Shown: positions 23,178-36,425, counted from the stretch's first letter. The stretch: 64,000 nucleotides of DNA from Neodothiora populina (GCF_041146345.1 NW_027191413.1:1426001-1490000), one strand, 5' to 3'. Translations and numbers: made by a program. Notes: generated by a model not told the origin, from the sequence alone.

Positions 23178-24477
23178 TCAGCTGGCCTACGACTAGACCA
23201 AGGAATGAAACAGGATGTCTGGTTATGGCGCTTGTCGTCAAGCTGCAGGAGCTAGAGACCAGATATTTGGGATTGTGAGTGAGACGATGTGGTCTCGTGA
23301 GGAAAGAGGGGTGAGAAGGAAGGTCGAAAAGATTATGAACTGATAAGACTTTAATCCCTGGGGTAGTTATAGAGTTTACCTTAAGATAAGGCGTCGAAAA
23401 AGCAGTACAGTAAAAGAGACAGGCACCTTTAGTGCAAGGCATGACGTTTCGCGCAATGCCTTTTCGGTGGTGTGGTAACCCTGTCTGCGTCAAGTGACCT
23501 AACTGCATCTGTTTGCTAAGGTACCTTACATTTGATCGTCTCCACGGGATTTCCCTTCTGATGTTGCTGCTGATAGATGATTCAATCGTCCTGCAAAAGT
23601 GTCTAGAGCTGTCGTCGGAATTAAGGTGGATTCGCATAAAACATTAGCAGTGCCGCAGCAGCGTTGGTGAGTCATGTGCTCTGTGAGTCAACAAAGGGAG
23701 CGAAGCTTCATACACAGATATTACACAGCTTACTGTCATAGTCAGGCGCATTAGCTCGAACGCAACATGTTGTTCCCGTATACAAAACACGAGGAGTCGA
23801 GAAATTTTTGTCTCAATCAGTGGATCTGCAACTGTGAACGGAGGATAATCTGACTGCCTTCTTAGCGAGCGATCTACAAATCTGTATACAGTATTTGCCT
23901 TTGCTGAACTCCGAAGGCCAACTACTGAGACAGGTACGGTAAGCCTGCCATTTTTGTGGCTTGCTCCAACGCCGAAGTCCCTCACTTTTGTTTACCGCTG
24001 ACACCGCTGACATTGGCAGGCTACCACATTTTGGACTCCGCATATGGATAACGATCAATACAACGCCTTCCATTGGGTTTTGTAGGATCGCATGTCGTAC
24101 AGCTAAGTTAGGCTTCCACTTTGTGCACTTGTCAGGCTTCCGAATTGTGACTCCGCTACGACGTTCCGCACCTGAGGAGCTGTCCCACATTACACGCGTG
24201 AGATAGTGAACAACATATGCAGTACTCGTAAAGTCAATGGACAGTATAAGTATACCCCTTGATCCCACCCATTATCGTTCTCATTCTCTATCTTCAATAT
24301 CATCCAAAGCAATACATCCACTGCTACACTAGACTTGACTTGCCCAGCTACCAATTCAATTCGAAATATATCCTCGATCAAAAGCTATATAATCTTTGCT
24401 TTTGACCATATCATCTACACAACTTCCACAATCTACACCCATCTTCCCAAAACCTCACTACTACCAACACCGCAAAA

Positions 24478-24813
24478 ATGCCAGGAGGACCAAGCTGGGC
24501 TCATACGGTTGACAGCAACCACCTCATGGACTTTCACATGCCCTTGATGAAGCCGAGCCAATATCCTGTCAGAAAGGTCAAAGCCCCAGCAAGCAAATCG
24601 CCAAATCAACTGGAAAAGCAAAGTACCAACACGACTACCGTCTCCACATCGTCGGCGGCGTCAACATTGACCGCCAACTCTGTCGAGAACGAGAAGTATG
24701 CTGCCGCCACAGCGAAGAAGGAGCGATCTTCTTTCTCGCAGCTGGTGAAGGATACGAAGAAGGCTTTCTCCAGCAAGAATAAAAGCAAGGAGAACCAAAC
24801 AGACGAGAAGTGA
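24478..24813 (+). CDS. Small hypothetical Lys/Ser-rich protein (111 aa)
   Basis: Good start context (CAAAAATG), CA-rich leader, TATA-like TATATAA near 24326, protein-like composition. No recognisable domain. Confidence 0.55.
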   Translation: MPGGPSWAHTVDSNHLMDFHMPLMKPSQYPVRKVKAPASKSPNQLEKQSTNTTTVSTSSAASTLTANSVENEKYAAATAKKERSSFSQLVKDTKKAFSSKNKSKENQTDEK

Positions 24814-25523
24814 GAAGTGCTTCACGATTTTTTGGTTGGGCAGTTTCTCACGCGGTCCCGACTTGTTATGGCGTACTTCTTATGTTTTTTTTTCTTTACA
24901 AGGATTGTGCTTCTCTCATTGATCAAGCAGCCATGCTGCCGAGCATCAATGATTGAATTGCTATGGGACGATGAAGCGAATAGGCATGGAGTTTTTGGCG
25001 TGTTACAATGGGGTTATGATTCGCAGAGTCGGAGTAGAGATGATGAACTATATCGGTTCTTTGAAATCAAGTTCAATCTGCACCTACCATACTATTCTTT
25101 CCCTTGGTAGACATGCCGTTGTGATTTGTAGATTGACTGTTACTCTTCTTCCACGACAGCCTCGAGGGGTAAGGCGCATGAACGGACCGAGTTCTTGTTG
25201 TGAAAGTGGACCGCAGCGTGCATAGTTGGCACACTCAGGAATAATTACAAAGAGCACTTTGTACAAGTCTTCAGTATAACAATATATATACCACCATGGC
25301 AGATCAACGTATGTATGGCATCAGCCCCAAAAGGTGCTTGCGCAATGACCACTTTAAACTTCAGAGATCAAAACAACTTGGTTGAAAATGGGTAGAGTGT
25401 CATAAAGGCGATAGTCATTACAGCCTATGGTATATTGAAAAGACGCAGTATTCCTGCGCCAACCCTAATGAACCCATGCCCAAATCCAGCAAACCCACAA
25501 CTTTTCGTATCCTCGCATAGCGC

Positions 25524-26253
25524 TTACTTGAGGGGGATGAAACGGGAAGAGTGGGTGGCACCAATACCGGGGCGACCGTGCTTGACGGGGTGGCTAAAGT
25601 ACTGTTAGTGAACATACAAATGAAATAAGAAAGTGTGGGAACGTACTAAGAGATGGAGAACTCTCCAAGGTAGTGTCCGACCATCTCGGGCTTGACCTCA
25701 ACCTGGTTGAACTCCTTACCGGAGTAGACGCCGACGACGGAGCCAATCATCTCGGGGACAATGATCATGTCACGGAGGTGGGTCTTGACGAGGTCGGGCT
25801 TCTCGTTGGCCTTAGCCTCCTGCTTGGCCTTGCGGAGCTTCTTGATGAGGCCCATAGGCTTGCGCTTAAGACCACGGTTGAATCTTCTGCGAGCGCGAGC
25901 GTGGACGACATCACGGAGCTGCTCAGAGGAGAGGTCGAGGAGCTGGTCAAGGTCGATACCACGGTAGGTGAACTTCTTGAAAGCTCTCTTGGCCTTGAGG
26001 GCTGTGAAAGACAACTCATGTCAGTTCCAATTTTTTCCAACTTCCAGCACCCCTTTAGTGGCCTGCCCACAGGGTTTCATCCTCAGAGTGTGGCCCTTTC
26101 GGACATGCCGCTGAAGGGGTGCATTTAGAGATTTTTCACTCCGTACCTGCGGCCTCCTCGGCGTTCTGTGATAGATTGTCAGCACATTATTTTTCTGTAA
26201 TAAGGAGATGTTCTGTTGCACAAACGTACGTATTCGGGGTCGATGTCGGCCAT
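25524..26253 (-). CDS. RPS15: 40S ribosomal protein S15 (uS19); 4 exons
   Basis: [38 protein letters not shown]...[16 protein letters not shown]...[10 protein letters not shown]/...[21 protein letters not shown]. Confidence 0.97.
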
Positions 26254-26619
26254 TTTGATTGATCGTGATAAGTCGCGGTGGTGGGCAAAGGCTGAGAGTG
26301 CAAATGTGAGTGCGACATAGGTTGGAATTTGAACGCTCGCTTGCGACGGCACTTGCCGCAACGCTAGCTCGAAGCCGACCACGCCAAGCACACTCGGACG
26401 TATTTTCGCCTAGCCAGAATCACCATCGCGAAAAGTTGAGCCTTGGATTCTCTCTTCTAACCACGATCCTTTGAACCAGAAGAGCCTTTCTCCGTGTTAA
26501 GTCAGCGGTTAAATCGATTGATTCTCTAGTTCAAACACAACAGTGAGCATCTCCCATCATCAGCGACAGATAATCGAGAGCAACAGCATTCTAACAAGCA
26601 CCCATTTTCAGCCTTCAAA
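26254..26619. promoter_or_regulatory. Bidirectional promoter shared by RPS15 and RPP2; includes a probable 5'-UTR intron of RPP2
   Basis: Head-to-head start codons about 370 bp apart. CTAAC branch and TTTTCAG acceptor 8 nt before the RPP2 ATG. Confidence 0.7.
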
Positions 26620-27037
26620 ATGAAGTACCTCGCAGCCTACCTCCTCCTCCAGCTCGGCGGCAACGAGTCCCCCGCCGCTGCCGACATCAAGACCGTTCTC
26701 GAGTCCGTCGGTATCGAGATCGAGTCTGAGCGTCTCGACAAGCTCATCTCTGAGCTCGAGGGCAAGAACATCCAGGAGGTATGAGAGAATCCACACACGA
26801 ATCGCAAAACCCAATTATATGAGAAAGAAAACACATCTGACAGACTTTTTTGCTATCTAGCTCATCGCTGCTGGCTCTGAGAAGCTCGCCTCCGTTCCTT
26901 CCGGTGGTGCTGGTGCCGCTGCTGGCGGTGCTGCCGCCCCTGCTGCTGGTGGTGCCGCCGAGGAGGCCCCCGCCGCCGCCAAGGAGGAGGAGAAGGAGGA
27001 GTCCGACGACGACATGGGCTTCGGACTTTTCGACTAA
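26620..27037 (+). CDS. RPP2: 60S acidic ribosomal protein P2; 2 coding exons
   Basis: [33 protein letters not shown]...[25 protein letters not shown]...[13 protein letters not shown]. Confidence 0.97.
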
Positions 27038-27842
27038 GCGTATCGCCTCGAGGAGAAGAGAAGTTGTGTCAAGGATCTGGGACTTTAGCTATGGCTGGAA
27101 AATGCATGGATGCGCTACGGCGTATTGGGAGGGAATTTTTCACTGCACAAATAGCAGTATATCATCTCTGGATGGCACATCCATAGTCAGGTCACCAATA
27201 AAAGATCCAGTCGACCCTCCACACGATTCTCCACAAACGATTTTCCTGCCGTTGGGACTCCTTATATAGCGCAATGGCCGTAGATAGCGTCTCCAACAGG
27301 GACTCTCTGCCGCTATCATGCTTTTTGTGATGCGAGCAAGGATCAAGAATTTACTCCATTGTGTTATTTGACTCGGTGCCATACAGAGTGAACTCTGACG
27401 CTCATGTCTTTTGCTAGCTACCTTATGCGTTCAATGTGCTTGAATCAATATCCTCCACACTTCTTTATTTTGCCCTATAAAAAAGCCTCCACCGATTCCC
27501 AAGTCTTGGCTGATCATGCACATGTACCTCGGTGTCTTCTATGGGAGGCATGCGGCGGACAAATGTTTCGCCGGGGCCGGTGTTCTTTGGTTTGCATGCG
27601 GTGGCATAAGAAGGCTCGTAAACTGCGACTTCTTTCCAACAAACACCCTTCTCGCTTTTGGCCTGTCTGCGCTCCTGGCAAGCAAGAATAGCAGTAGCGG
27701 CGCTGCTTATCATTCGCATCGTCACCGCCTCTGTCCATCATCAATCTATCGCTGTTCGCAGCATGTCTGATACCGCACTATATGACATACCGCGATAATC
27801 AAGTGAAACTCGTTTCTTACTCTCTCTCGCCTTTCCGCCGAC

Positions 27843-28986
27843 ATGAGTGTGAGTGGTCAGCTAACAAGTCCTCCATCGTTCTCTGACTCATCTTTCACAG
27901 TTACTTAATTCCATCCTCTCCTCGATCAATGATGGCCGAGGACCCGCACCCAAACCATTGCCTGTCGCCTCTGCGCCGAAGCCCACACCGCTGCCGAGGA
28001 AAGACAATACTGCCTTGAACACGACCAGGCCACAATCATCATCCATCAACTCGTCCGCTGGTTCAGGCTCGACTATAGCGCCAAAGCGCAAGGCGGAGGA
28101 TGTGGGCAGAGATATGAAGAGCAAGGCTCCCAGAGTTGATTCCGCCTCAAGCCTCCCTGCTCCGGTGTCTCGAAGCACGACCAGCTCTCCTGCCCAACGA
28201 CAAGGCTTACCACCTCCGCCGAAGACACAGGTTCCCTACCGAGGGACGATGGGTGGTGCGAAACCAGCAACCGCGGCAACGGCTGCCACTCCATCGGTAC
28301 CGGCTGGCAAGGCTGCGGCAGGTGCAACCCCCGCCCATACCCCTACCTCTTCTGCCCCCAAAACCGGTTACCTCGCAATACTGGAGCGAGCCAAGGCAGC
28401 ACAAGAAGCCGCAAAGCAAGCAGGCCAGATCAAGCACAAGCCTGCGGAAAAACTTACCAAAAAGGATCGCCTCCGGTTACAGGCTGAGGCAGCAGCAGCG
28501 CAGAAAGGCAAGAGTGTGCCAGCCAGAGCTGCACCGGGAGTCAAGGGAAGAAGCAAGAGCGCAGACCTCGTAGACAGCAAGAGTGCACAAGCTAGAAAGG
28601 ATCGAAAGCCGGTGGATCTGGGCTACAAGGGAACGATGCGTGCCGGACCCACGCCACTTCCATATTCCGGTACGATGCGACCCTCGGGCTCTGCTGTCCA
28701 ACGCAAACCACAGCCTGCATCATCTCGGGACAGATATCGTTATGCAAGCTATTCTGACGAAGAAGACGATATGAAGGAAGATGAGGAAGATTATGAATCT
28801 GAATCCGACATGGAAGCTGGCATGGATGACGTCGACAGAGAGGAGGAAGAGGCACTTCGCGCAGCCAGACGTGAAGACGCAGAAGCCCTGCGCCAGGAGA
28901 ATGAGCTGAAACGTGCCAAACTGGAGAAGAAACGGAAGCTCGAGCAGTTGGCTGCCAATGCCAAAAAGAAGGCCGCGCGCTATTAG
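27843..28986 (+). CDS. SPT2: SPT2 chromatin protein (histone chaperone); 6-nt first exon
   Basis: ATGAGT, intron 27849-27900, then LLNSILSSI. Repeated Y(R/K/S)GTM motifs; C-terminal SPT2 domain ESDMEAGMDDVDREEEEALRAARREDAEA. Confidence 0.82.
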
Positions 28987-30229
28987 AGTCGAGTTGAAAG
29001 AGGAGACGAGCGAGCCTGACTAATGAGCAAGAGCAAGAGAGTCAACAGCCACCGAACGCTGTCCTCAGTCTGGCAAGGATCACTACGATGCATATGAAAT
29101 GGGTGAAGGCGTTGGAACTTGTCGACATTAGCGAAGCATGCATACATCGGGAGGTCAGTATTTTGGCCATTTGCCAAGGCGTTCGTCGGTTGTTTACACT
29201 GTCCTGGATGTATAGTGCTCTGAATCCATTAACTCTATATTTTCGTACTTATCTCAGTCCAGAGACGCTCGGTCTCACTGGTGAACAGACAAGTTATAGT
29301 CACCTTTGTGAGCTCGAAACAGTCCATTCTGACTTTCACCCTCTTGTGCTCTGTGACGCCTGCGTGAGCGGGCCCTAATCAGCAGTGCAGAGAGAGCGTG
29401 TCACAGATATCACAGATGCCTCAGGCACCCAGGTAATTGCGGATAGGTTAACAAAACTTCATGAACCGACCAACCAAAATGACAAACGCACGAAACGTGA
29501 TTAGTGGTCCTGATATGCTCCGAGGGACCTCTTGTCTCAGCACTGCGCAGTGTGGCTGAAGCCACTTTGACAGGCACGATGCACTGGTTGGTGCACGTAC
29601 TGTACTCTACGACGACATGCATGAGGGTGTGCCTGATCGACCTCTTTACCCTTGGCCACGCATACCATCGGCTTTACTTGGCACGTCCAACCCCCCAAAA
29701 CCTGGGGCAAGGCGATGTCGTGATAGGATGCCGAGGCGTGATGCTTACAACATCACCTGCTCAAAACTGGTGGTGCTTTTTGGTGTTCGTTGCATACGTG
29801 ATTTCTGGTCTTGATTCGACGGATCATCTCATCCTGGCGGATTCTTGCGTTATGCCTAGATGGACTGACAGTTGAATTCTTCTTTGTCAATCTTTCGACC
29901 AGCCAGACAGCCATCGTGAGATCTCTTGGTAATTGAGCTCACTTCACCCTATCTTTGTAGATTTGTCTCCTCGTGCTATTGTTCGCTTTTGACTCAGACT
30001 ACTATTTAATATCCCTGCGAACTGCACTTTTCCTCATTCATCTGCATGTTACAGGAGAAGTCGAATAGATTACCAGCGCATCTGTACCTGCACCTGCATC
30101 TCACTGCACCTGCGTCAAACCTACCACACATTACCAATACCAAAGGTCTCTTCCACTTTTCAAGATAATCATTGCACTTTACTGTCTTTCTTCTCATCTC
30201 GTCCTTTACAACAGTCATCATCGTACAAC

Positions 30230-31621
30230 ATGCTTGAAATGCCTTCTCACGACCTAGGCTCCGTCAACAACTCTACTCTGACCAACGGCGTCTCACCAAT
30301 CGAGGAGAACGTGTCGTTGCCACCGAAGCATGCATTTGGGACTTTAGCCGTGCATGCAGGTTCGCCTCCTGATCCGGTGACGGGTGCTGTGATAGAACCA
30401 GTAAGATTTCTTCCTGCGGATGTCGCTCTTCTTTGATGCAAACATATGTTTCTTTCTGTTGTTGTGAACAGCTCTCGCGTGAGCAACCTGATCGCCATAT
30501 CACATACTGAGACACGAATCAAACAGATTACACTGTCGACGACCTTTGCCCAATCAGCTGTCAGCAAACCAATAGGACAATACGAATACACGAGATCCTC
30601 GAACCCGAACCGTACAAACTTCGAGACCGCAGTAGCCGCGCTCGAACAGGCTCGCTATGCCCTGGCTTTTTCTTCTGGGTCGGCGACGACGGCGACAATC
30701 TTGCAGTCTCTCGCGCAAGGTAGCCATGTGATAAGTGTGTCAGACGTATACGGCGGAACGCACCGCTACTTTTCCAAAGTTGCCTCCGCACACGGTGTAA
30801 AGGTGACTTTCACCGCGGCTCTCGAAGCCAACGTCAAAGATCTGATCCGAGCGGACGGAAGCACGAAGTTGATCTGGATCGAATCGCCCTCGAACCCGAC
30901 TCTGTCCCTGGTTGACATTGCCGCCGTCTCGGAGATCGCGCACAAACATGACGTGAAAGTGGTAGTAGACAATACCTTTTTGTCTCCTTACATCCAGAAC
31001 CCTCTGGTGCATGGTGCAGACATTGTGGTACACAGCGTGACCAAATACATCAACGGCCACTCGGACGTGCTCATGGGTGTTGCAGCGCTCAACTCACCCG
31101 AGCTCTACTCCCGCCTCTCCTTTCTCCAAAACGCAATCGGCGCCGTGCCATCCCCGTTCGACTGTTTCCTCGCCCACCGCGGCATCAAGACGCTGCACCT
31201 CCGAGTGAGGGAAGCGTCGAAGAACGCGCTCATGGTCGCCGAAGCACTGCAGCGGTCGCCACACGTCAAAGCAGTCAATTACCCGGGTCTGGCCTCGCAC
31301 GCCCAACACGCCATTGTGGCGAAACAGCACAGGAAGGGACTAGGCGGCGGCATGCTGTCGTTCCGTGTTTCGGCGTCGACTCCAGAGGCGGCGGACAGGT
31401 TCTGTGCCGCGACTAAGATCTTCACGCTGGCGGAGAGTCTGGGCGGGGTCGAGTCGCTGGTCGAGTTGCCGGCCAAGATGACTCACGCGGGCATCCCGAG
31501 AACAGAGAGAGAGGCGGCTGGGGTGTGGGATGATCTGGTCAGGATCAGCTGCGGAGTCGAGGACGGCGAGGACCTGGTGGCTGATGTTCTGGCGGCGCTG
31601 GATGAGGCTGTGAAGGTGTAG
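30230..31621 (+). CDS. CYS3: Cystathionine gamma-lyase (PLP-dependent); 2 exons
   Basis: FGTLAVHAG...TGAVIEP/ITLSTTFAQ (intron 30401-30526), YEYTRSSNPNR, ESPSNP, VDNTF, PLP-lysine motif HSVTKYINGHSD, LAESLGGVESL. Confidence 0.93.
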
Positions 31622-32405
31622 AGACGTTGAAGATGTTGATCTCCATAGAGGCACGGACAGGAAAGAAGAAAACGACAATAGATGAATCACCAGAAAAGCT
31701 TGGACATTAGGGAAACGGCGCACAAGTGAAAGGGAAGCGGGGTTTATATCCTCTCTTATAGAACTATATGGTGGTCAACGGGACTCTACCAGAGGTCATC
31801 GGCTCAATTAGAGGCGATGGCCATGACTACCCTGGCGAGATCCATGTGTATTTCTATCTTACTGGTCGTGGCCTTTGTTTGTGACATGTGTCTTTTTGTT
31901 GTGGGAGTATGCCCATGGGAAACACATCTCCCCTCTGACGACTCTCTCAAGCGAAACCCCTCCCACGTCCAATACTCAGTGTCACTTGATCTCCACACGT
32001 CCATTTCTCCTCAGCGCCATCCTTTTCCGTCCGATCTCGTCGTCTTTCGGTCTTGCGTGATGCAGTATCAGCACCCCAACGGACGATTGACAGAGTCTCA
32101 GGGACGCGAATGTCGATAGCTGATCGGACTTTTCGTTTCTTTCCATCCTTGGCCCTGATTACTTGCGCGAGGCGGTTTGATTCTCTTCTCGGTGCATTCT
32201 CGTCTGGCAGGTGGCGAGAGAGAGAAGAGGGGACTCGCGTGAAGGTTACAGTGTGGAGAGGAGCACTTCTGGTTGCTGTGCTTTCTCTTTGCTTTTCTCT
32301 CGGTGCTGGTGCCGCGACGCAGCAAATGTGTGAGAGGAAGAAGACTGCTGTGCTTCTGAAGAAGTGGTGTGTGATGGCTTGGTTGACAAAAAAAAAAGGA
32401 AAAGC

Positions 32406-33149
32406 TCAGGAGACGTCCATGGCAATCTGATGCTGCTGCTCCGACACCTCTTCCTCGTGAGCCAGATTGTTCTTGGCAGCAGTGACGTGGTTCCCCTCGC
32501 CTCGGGCGATCCTCTCGCTCGTCTTGAGCTGCCACTCGTGCAGCGTCTCAAAGGGGCCGCCCTCGATCTTGACGGGCCTGTCTTCTGCGGGTTTGCCGAG
32601 CAGCGTGCCCTGGTACCTCGACTCTTCTCCCGTCTTGCTGTGTTTCTTCTTGAGCGCGGTCAAGTAGTCTTCGCCAGCGACGATGCCCCCGGGACCGACC
32701 TCGGGCAGCACACCGGCGATGCGGCGGATCTCCTTGTTCTGGTCACTCATGATCCACTGGATGAACTCTCTGACGTCGCGAGCGTCTTCGTCGGCGCGAC
32801 GGTTACTCTCGCCGGTGCGCCTCGTGTCGCCGAACTTCATGTCGTCGTAGTCAGACATGGAGTGGCGGAACTTCTCGGTCCAGTCCTCCTCGGCGGCGCT
32901 CATGATGGGGATCAGGGCGCCGCACTCGGTCAGCGCCAGGCGCACATCGGTCACGGTCGGGATGTTGGTGTTGTGGTTGTCGAGAGCGTGGTTCAGAGTC
33001 GACTCGGCGAGGAGCAGCAGGTAGCGCTCGGCGATGTTGACCAGCGTGTCCAGCACCGAGGGTCGGGTCGAGTGAAAGCCGGCGGCGCGCAGGATGTAGA
33101 TGATGGGCATTCGCAGGAGCGAAGAATGGAGTTGCTGGGCAGCCGACAT
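32406..33149 (-). CDS. TAF3: Bromodomain-associated (BTP) histone-fold protein, probable TFIID subunit TAF3
   Basis: N-terminal BTP fold LLRMPIIYILRAAGFHSTRPSVLDTLVNIAERYLLLLA...PTVTDVRLAL; DYLTALKKKH motif. No TAF8-type C-terminal domain recognised. Confidence 0.72.
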   Translation of the reverse strand: MSAAQQLHSSLLRMPIIYILRAAGFHSTRPSVLDTLVNIAERYLLLLAESTLNHALDNHNTNIPTVTDVRLALTECGALIPIMSAAEEDWTEKFRHSMSDYDDMKFGDTRRTGESNRRADEDARDVREFIQWIMSDQNKEIRRIAGVLPEVGPGGIVAGEDYLTALKKKHSKTGEESRYQGTLLGKPAEDRPVKIEGGPFETLHEWQLKTSERIARGEGNHVTAAKNNLAHEEEVSEQQHQIAMDVS

Positions 33150-33531
33150 TTTCTTCTCTTCTTTCTTTTGTCTTTCTATAATGACAATGTCCCATTCATG
33201 GTTTCGTCACGTGAGTTGCTAGCAATCAACCCACTTTGTTCACGGGGAATGATGAAAAGTAATGGATCAGGAAAGAGCAACATAAGGTACTCCGTACAAG
33301 TAAGGTAAGGTAGGTACAGAACAAGTGCACAGACCACGACAGCAACTGATGGAGTTCACTGGACAGGAAGGAACGCAGCTGCGTCACTTCTTCACCTTCC
33401 GTCCTACTCTACTTTACTCTACCTTGACTATACACCTCCCATCCACATCACTACTGCAGAAACAAGGAAGAGAAGCAGAAACAAGAAAGAGAAGCAGAAC
33501 CAAAAAGAGAGACAGAAATAGAGATGCGATC
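33150..33531. promoter_or_regulatory. Bidirectional promoter TAF3-like/TAF7 with RTCACGTG E-box
   Basis: 382 bp between divergent ATGs; GTCACGTG at 33206-33213 matches the Cbf1-type bHLH consensus. Confidence 0.5.
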
Positions 33532-33714
33532 ATGAAGATCAAGATCAGAGCCTCCGGCGACGGACTGTCTTCGGTGCCCTCAACACCGCTCACAGAGACA
33601 CCAACCCCGGCAACTGCACAAACTCCAGGAACCACTGGCAAACCACGCATCAAGCTCAAGTCTTCACAGCCTGCCACTCCCGTCGGCGAGGTCGCCCCTT
33701 CTGCATTCCCTGCA

Positions 33715-33749
<35 letters not shown>

Positions 33750-34735
33750 GCCATCACAGCAGCCTCCTCCACTCGCCGAACCGCTGGGACCTCCACCCAC
33801 CAAACCCAAGAGGCCGTACAACAGAAAGCCAAAACCCCAGGCAGAAGATGGCTCGTCCCAGAAGAAGCGCACAGCCTCGGACGACATTGCTCCTGCCAAC
33901 ACCAAACGTCCCACTCTGTCTCTCCATCCCAGTCGTCGCTCCTCGACCACAAAGGCCGAACAAGACGACGACGACCTCGCCGCACCCACGCCCGTCTCTG
34001 CAGGTCCCAGGATCTCGCTCAAGGCACGCAAGGCCCAGCCAGATGGCGCTGCTTCGGCTGCCAGAAGAGACAGCAAGAGGGGAGGATTCCGTCTGAAACC
34101 AAGTCTCAAGGCTCCTCCGCCCAAGCGACCCGTCGGCGTGGGTTACGACTCCGAAGACAGCGATGCCGAAGTCGATCCCCTGATCGAGTCGCAGTTCATC
34201 CTGCGCATGCAGCCCGGTCCCGACTGTGACTACCTGCGCGACGCCATTGCCAATAAGATGGTCGGCCTCCCGCGCAACGAGGGCGGCGCCGACGTCAGCC
34301 TCAAGTTCCTCGACAAGGACCATCGCCGCGTCAGTCTGATCGTCAGAGGCACCCTGTATGCCGCCGCCATGCTCGATCTCCCCTGCATTATCGAAGGCAT
34401 GAAGAGCTGGGACAAGCGTGGTTGGTGGAAGGTCGCCGACATATGCCAGATGCTGCTCGTCCTCGGTCCCACGGAGAGTGACGCCACCGCCAAAACCTAT
34501 CCTCTGCCCAAAGAGGTCGACAAGAACACCTGGGCATACCCTCACGGCTTGACTCCGCCCATGCACTATGTGCGCAAGCGTCGTTTCCGCAAGCGCGCCA
34601 GCTACAGGACCGTCGAACACATCGACGAGGAAGTCGAACGCCTGATTCAGGCAGATAAGGATGCCGAATCCGCCACCTTCAAAGTCGTCGACGACTCCAT
34701 AGACGACACCATGCAGGGTCCCGACGACGGTGACT

Positions 34736-34769
<34 letters not shown>

Positions 34770-35445
34770 AGACGCCGACGGCGAAGATCCAGACAACTAC
34801 CTCAACACGACGGAGAACGGCTACGGAGGCGCATACACCGAGGAGCCCGACGCCGAGGGAGACGACGACGAGGGCTTCGACGTCGATCTGGAAGCCGAAT
34901 TGCGCGCCGGTCTGGAAACAGGTCACGCCCTACCATCTGCCGTCATCGCCGCCGCCGCCGCCGCCGCTGCTGCTGGCACTGCTCCTTCGGCCACGACAAC
35001 GACAACGTCTGTCCAACCACCTCTCCCTGTCGCAGATGCCGCCGCGAACCTGGGAGCGGTAGAAAGCGCCATCGCCGAAGCCATGGCCGCCCCGTCCCCC
35101 TCGGCCGCAACAGCAGCACCCACACCATCAATCATCGCCCCATCCTCAGAAGACGCCGGCGGCGCACCAGGCGAATCCTCCGAAGACGACGACGACGACG
35201 ATGACGACGACGAGTCCTCGTCCGACGAAGACGCCATCGACGAAGACCTGGTCGAGCGAGAACGCGAACTCGAGGGCCAGAGACAAGACGTCGAGGAACT
35301 CGAGCGACGCATCTCGCAGGCCAAAGTCGATATCGCGGGGCAGAAGAACGCGCTGTTGCGCCAGAGGAAAGTCAAGTTGCTCGAGCAGCTGGAGGAGGAG
35401 TTGGGTGTCAAGAGAAGGGCGCTGGGACTGGGCGAGGATGATTGA
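33532..35445 (+). CDS. TAF7: TFIID subunit 7 (TAFII55 N-terminal domain)
   Basis: IESQFILRM, LDLPCIIEGMKSWDK, KVADICQML, YPHGLTPPMHYVRKRRFRKR; acidic tracts and C-terminal coiled coil. First ATG is at 33532 (the track's GTG start is unlikely). Confidence 0.93.
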
Positions 35446-36425
35446 TTCTGTCTCTCTCTTCTTTCTTTGCCCTTCTGCCTTTCTTCTCCCTTACTTTCAA
35501 TCTTCCAATCGAAGACTGTCAAGTTTTTCTTTTCATGGCTGGTAGTGTTCCCTGACCCCTTCCACTCATTTCTTCGCTCCCTTGCAACGACAAAAATGAT
35601 ACCCCCGATTCCTATACATGCTATAGTCGAAACACCAAGGCAGCAAGACTATTGAATCTTAAAAATATTTCCCCCAAGATCAAATCGCCTCTCACACGAC
35701 GTCTTTGTTTCTGTTGTTGTGATTTTGATGAACAACATACGGCATGCATGTTCACGCGTATACATTGATATAAAAAGGCGAAGAAAAAAGCAGAAAGAGA
35801 AGAAGAAAAATATATATATGTACGTGTAGTTTGAACATGTGTCTGTGATGAGTATGTATGTATGTGTATATGTATGGTATGGTGCGGCACGGGGTGTATG
35901 CAGCCAGTAGTCTCCTCTCTCCGAGAAGCCACCTACCAACTGCCCTGAACCGGTCCCTAACGATCCTCCAATAATGGGGCCCTTCAAAGTCTGGAAGGGC
36001 GGGCACGTCGGTCATGGCAAGCAGTGCATGCAACCCCTTCTGAAGGTGATCTAAAACCACACCGACCTCCAAGTCTGCAGCACTCTTTGATAATAAGATG
36101 ACGAAGACGTCGTGGACGACTCTTCGTCGGTCTTTTGTTTCTTGGTTTTCTGTTTCTTTTCTTCTTTTCTGTCGTCGCCGGAGGAAGAGGAAGAGGAATC
36201 TGGTTGGTCTGATGATGATGATGATGATGATGATGATGACGATGGTGATGACGAGTCTACGCGTCGTTTTCTTTTCTGTTGATGGGTTTCTTTTTCTTCT
36301 TGTTTCGTTTCTGGCTGCTCTTCTTCTACGTCTTCCTCTTGCTGCTCGTGTTGTTCTGTTGCTTCATCGTCATCGTCGTCGTCATCGTCGTCGTCATGTT
36401 CCCGTCCCTCCCGCTCGGCGGTGAG

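Noticed and set aside
33754..34926. 390-aa antisense ORF over TAF7 (likewise 43811-44986 over TAF1 and 32364-33308 over TAF3-like)
   Set aside because: Shadow ORFs caused by codon bias of the real genes; non-ATG starts or no motifs.
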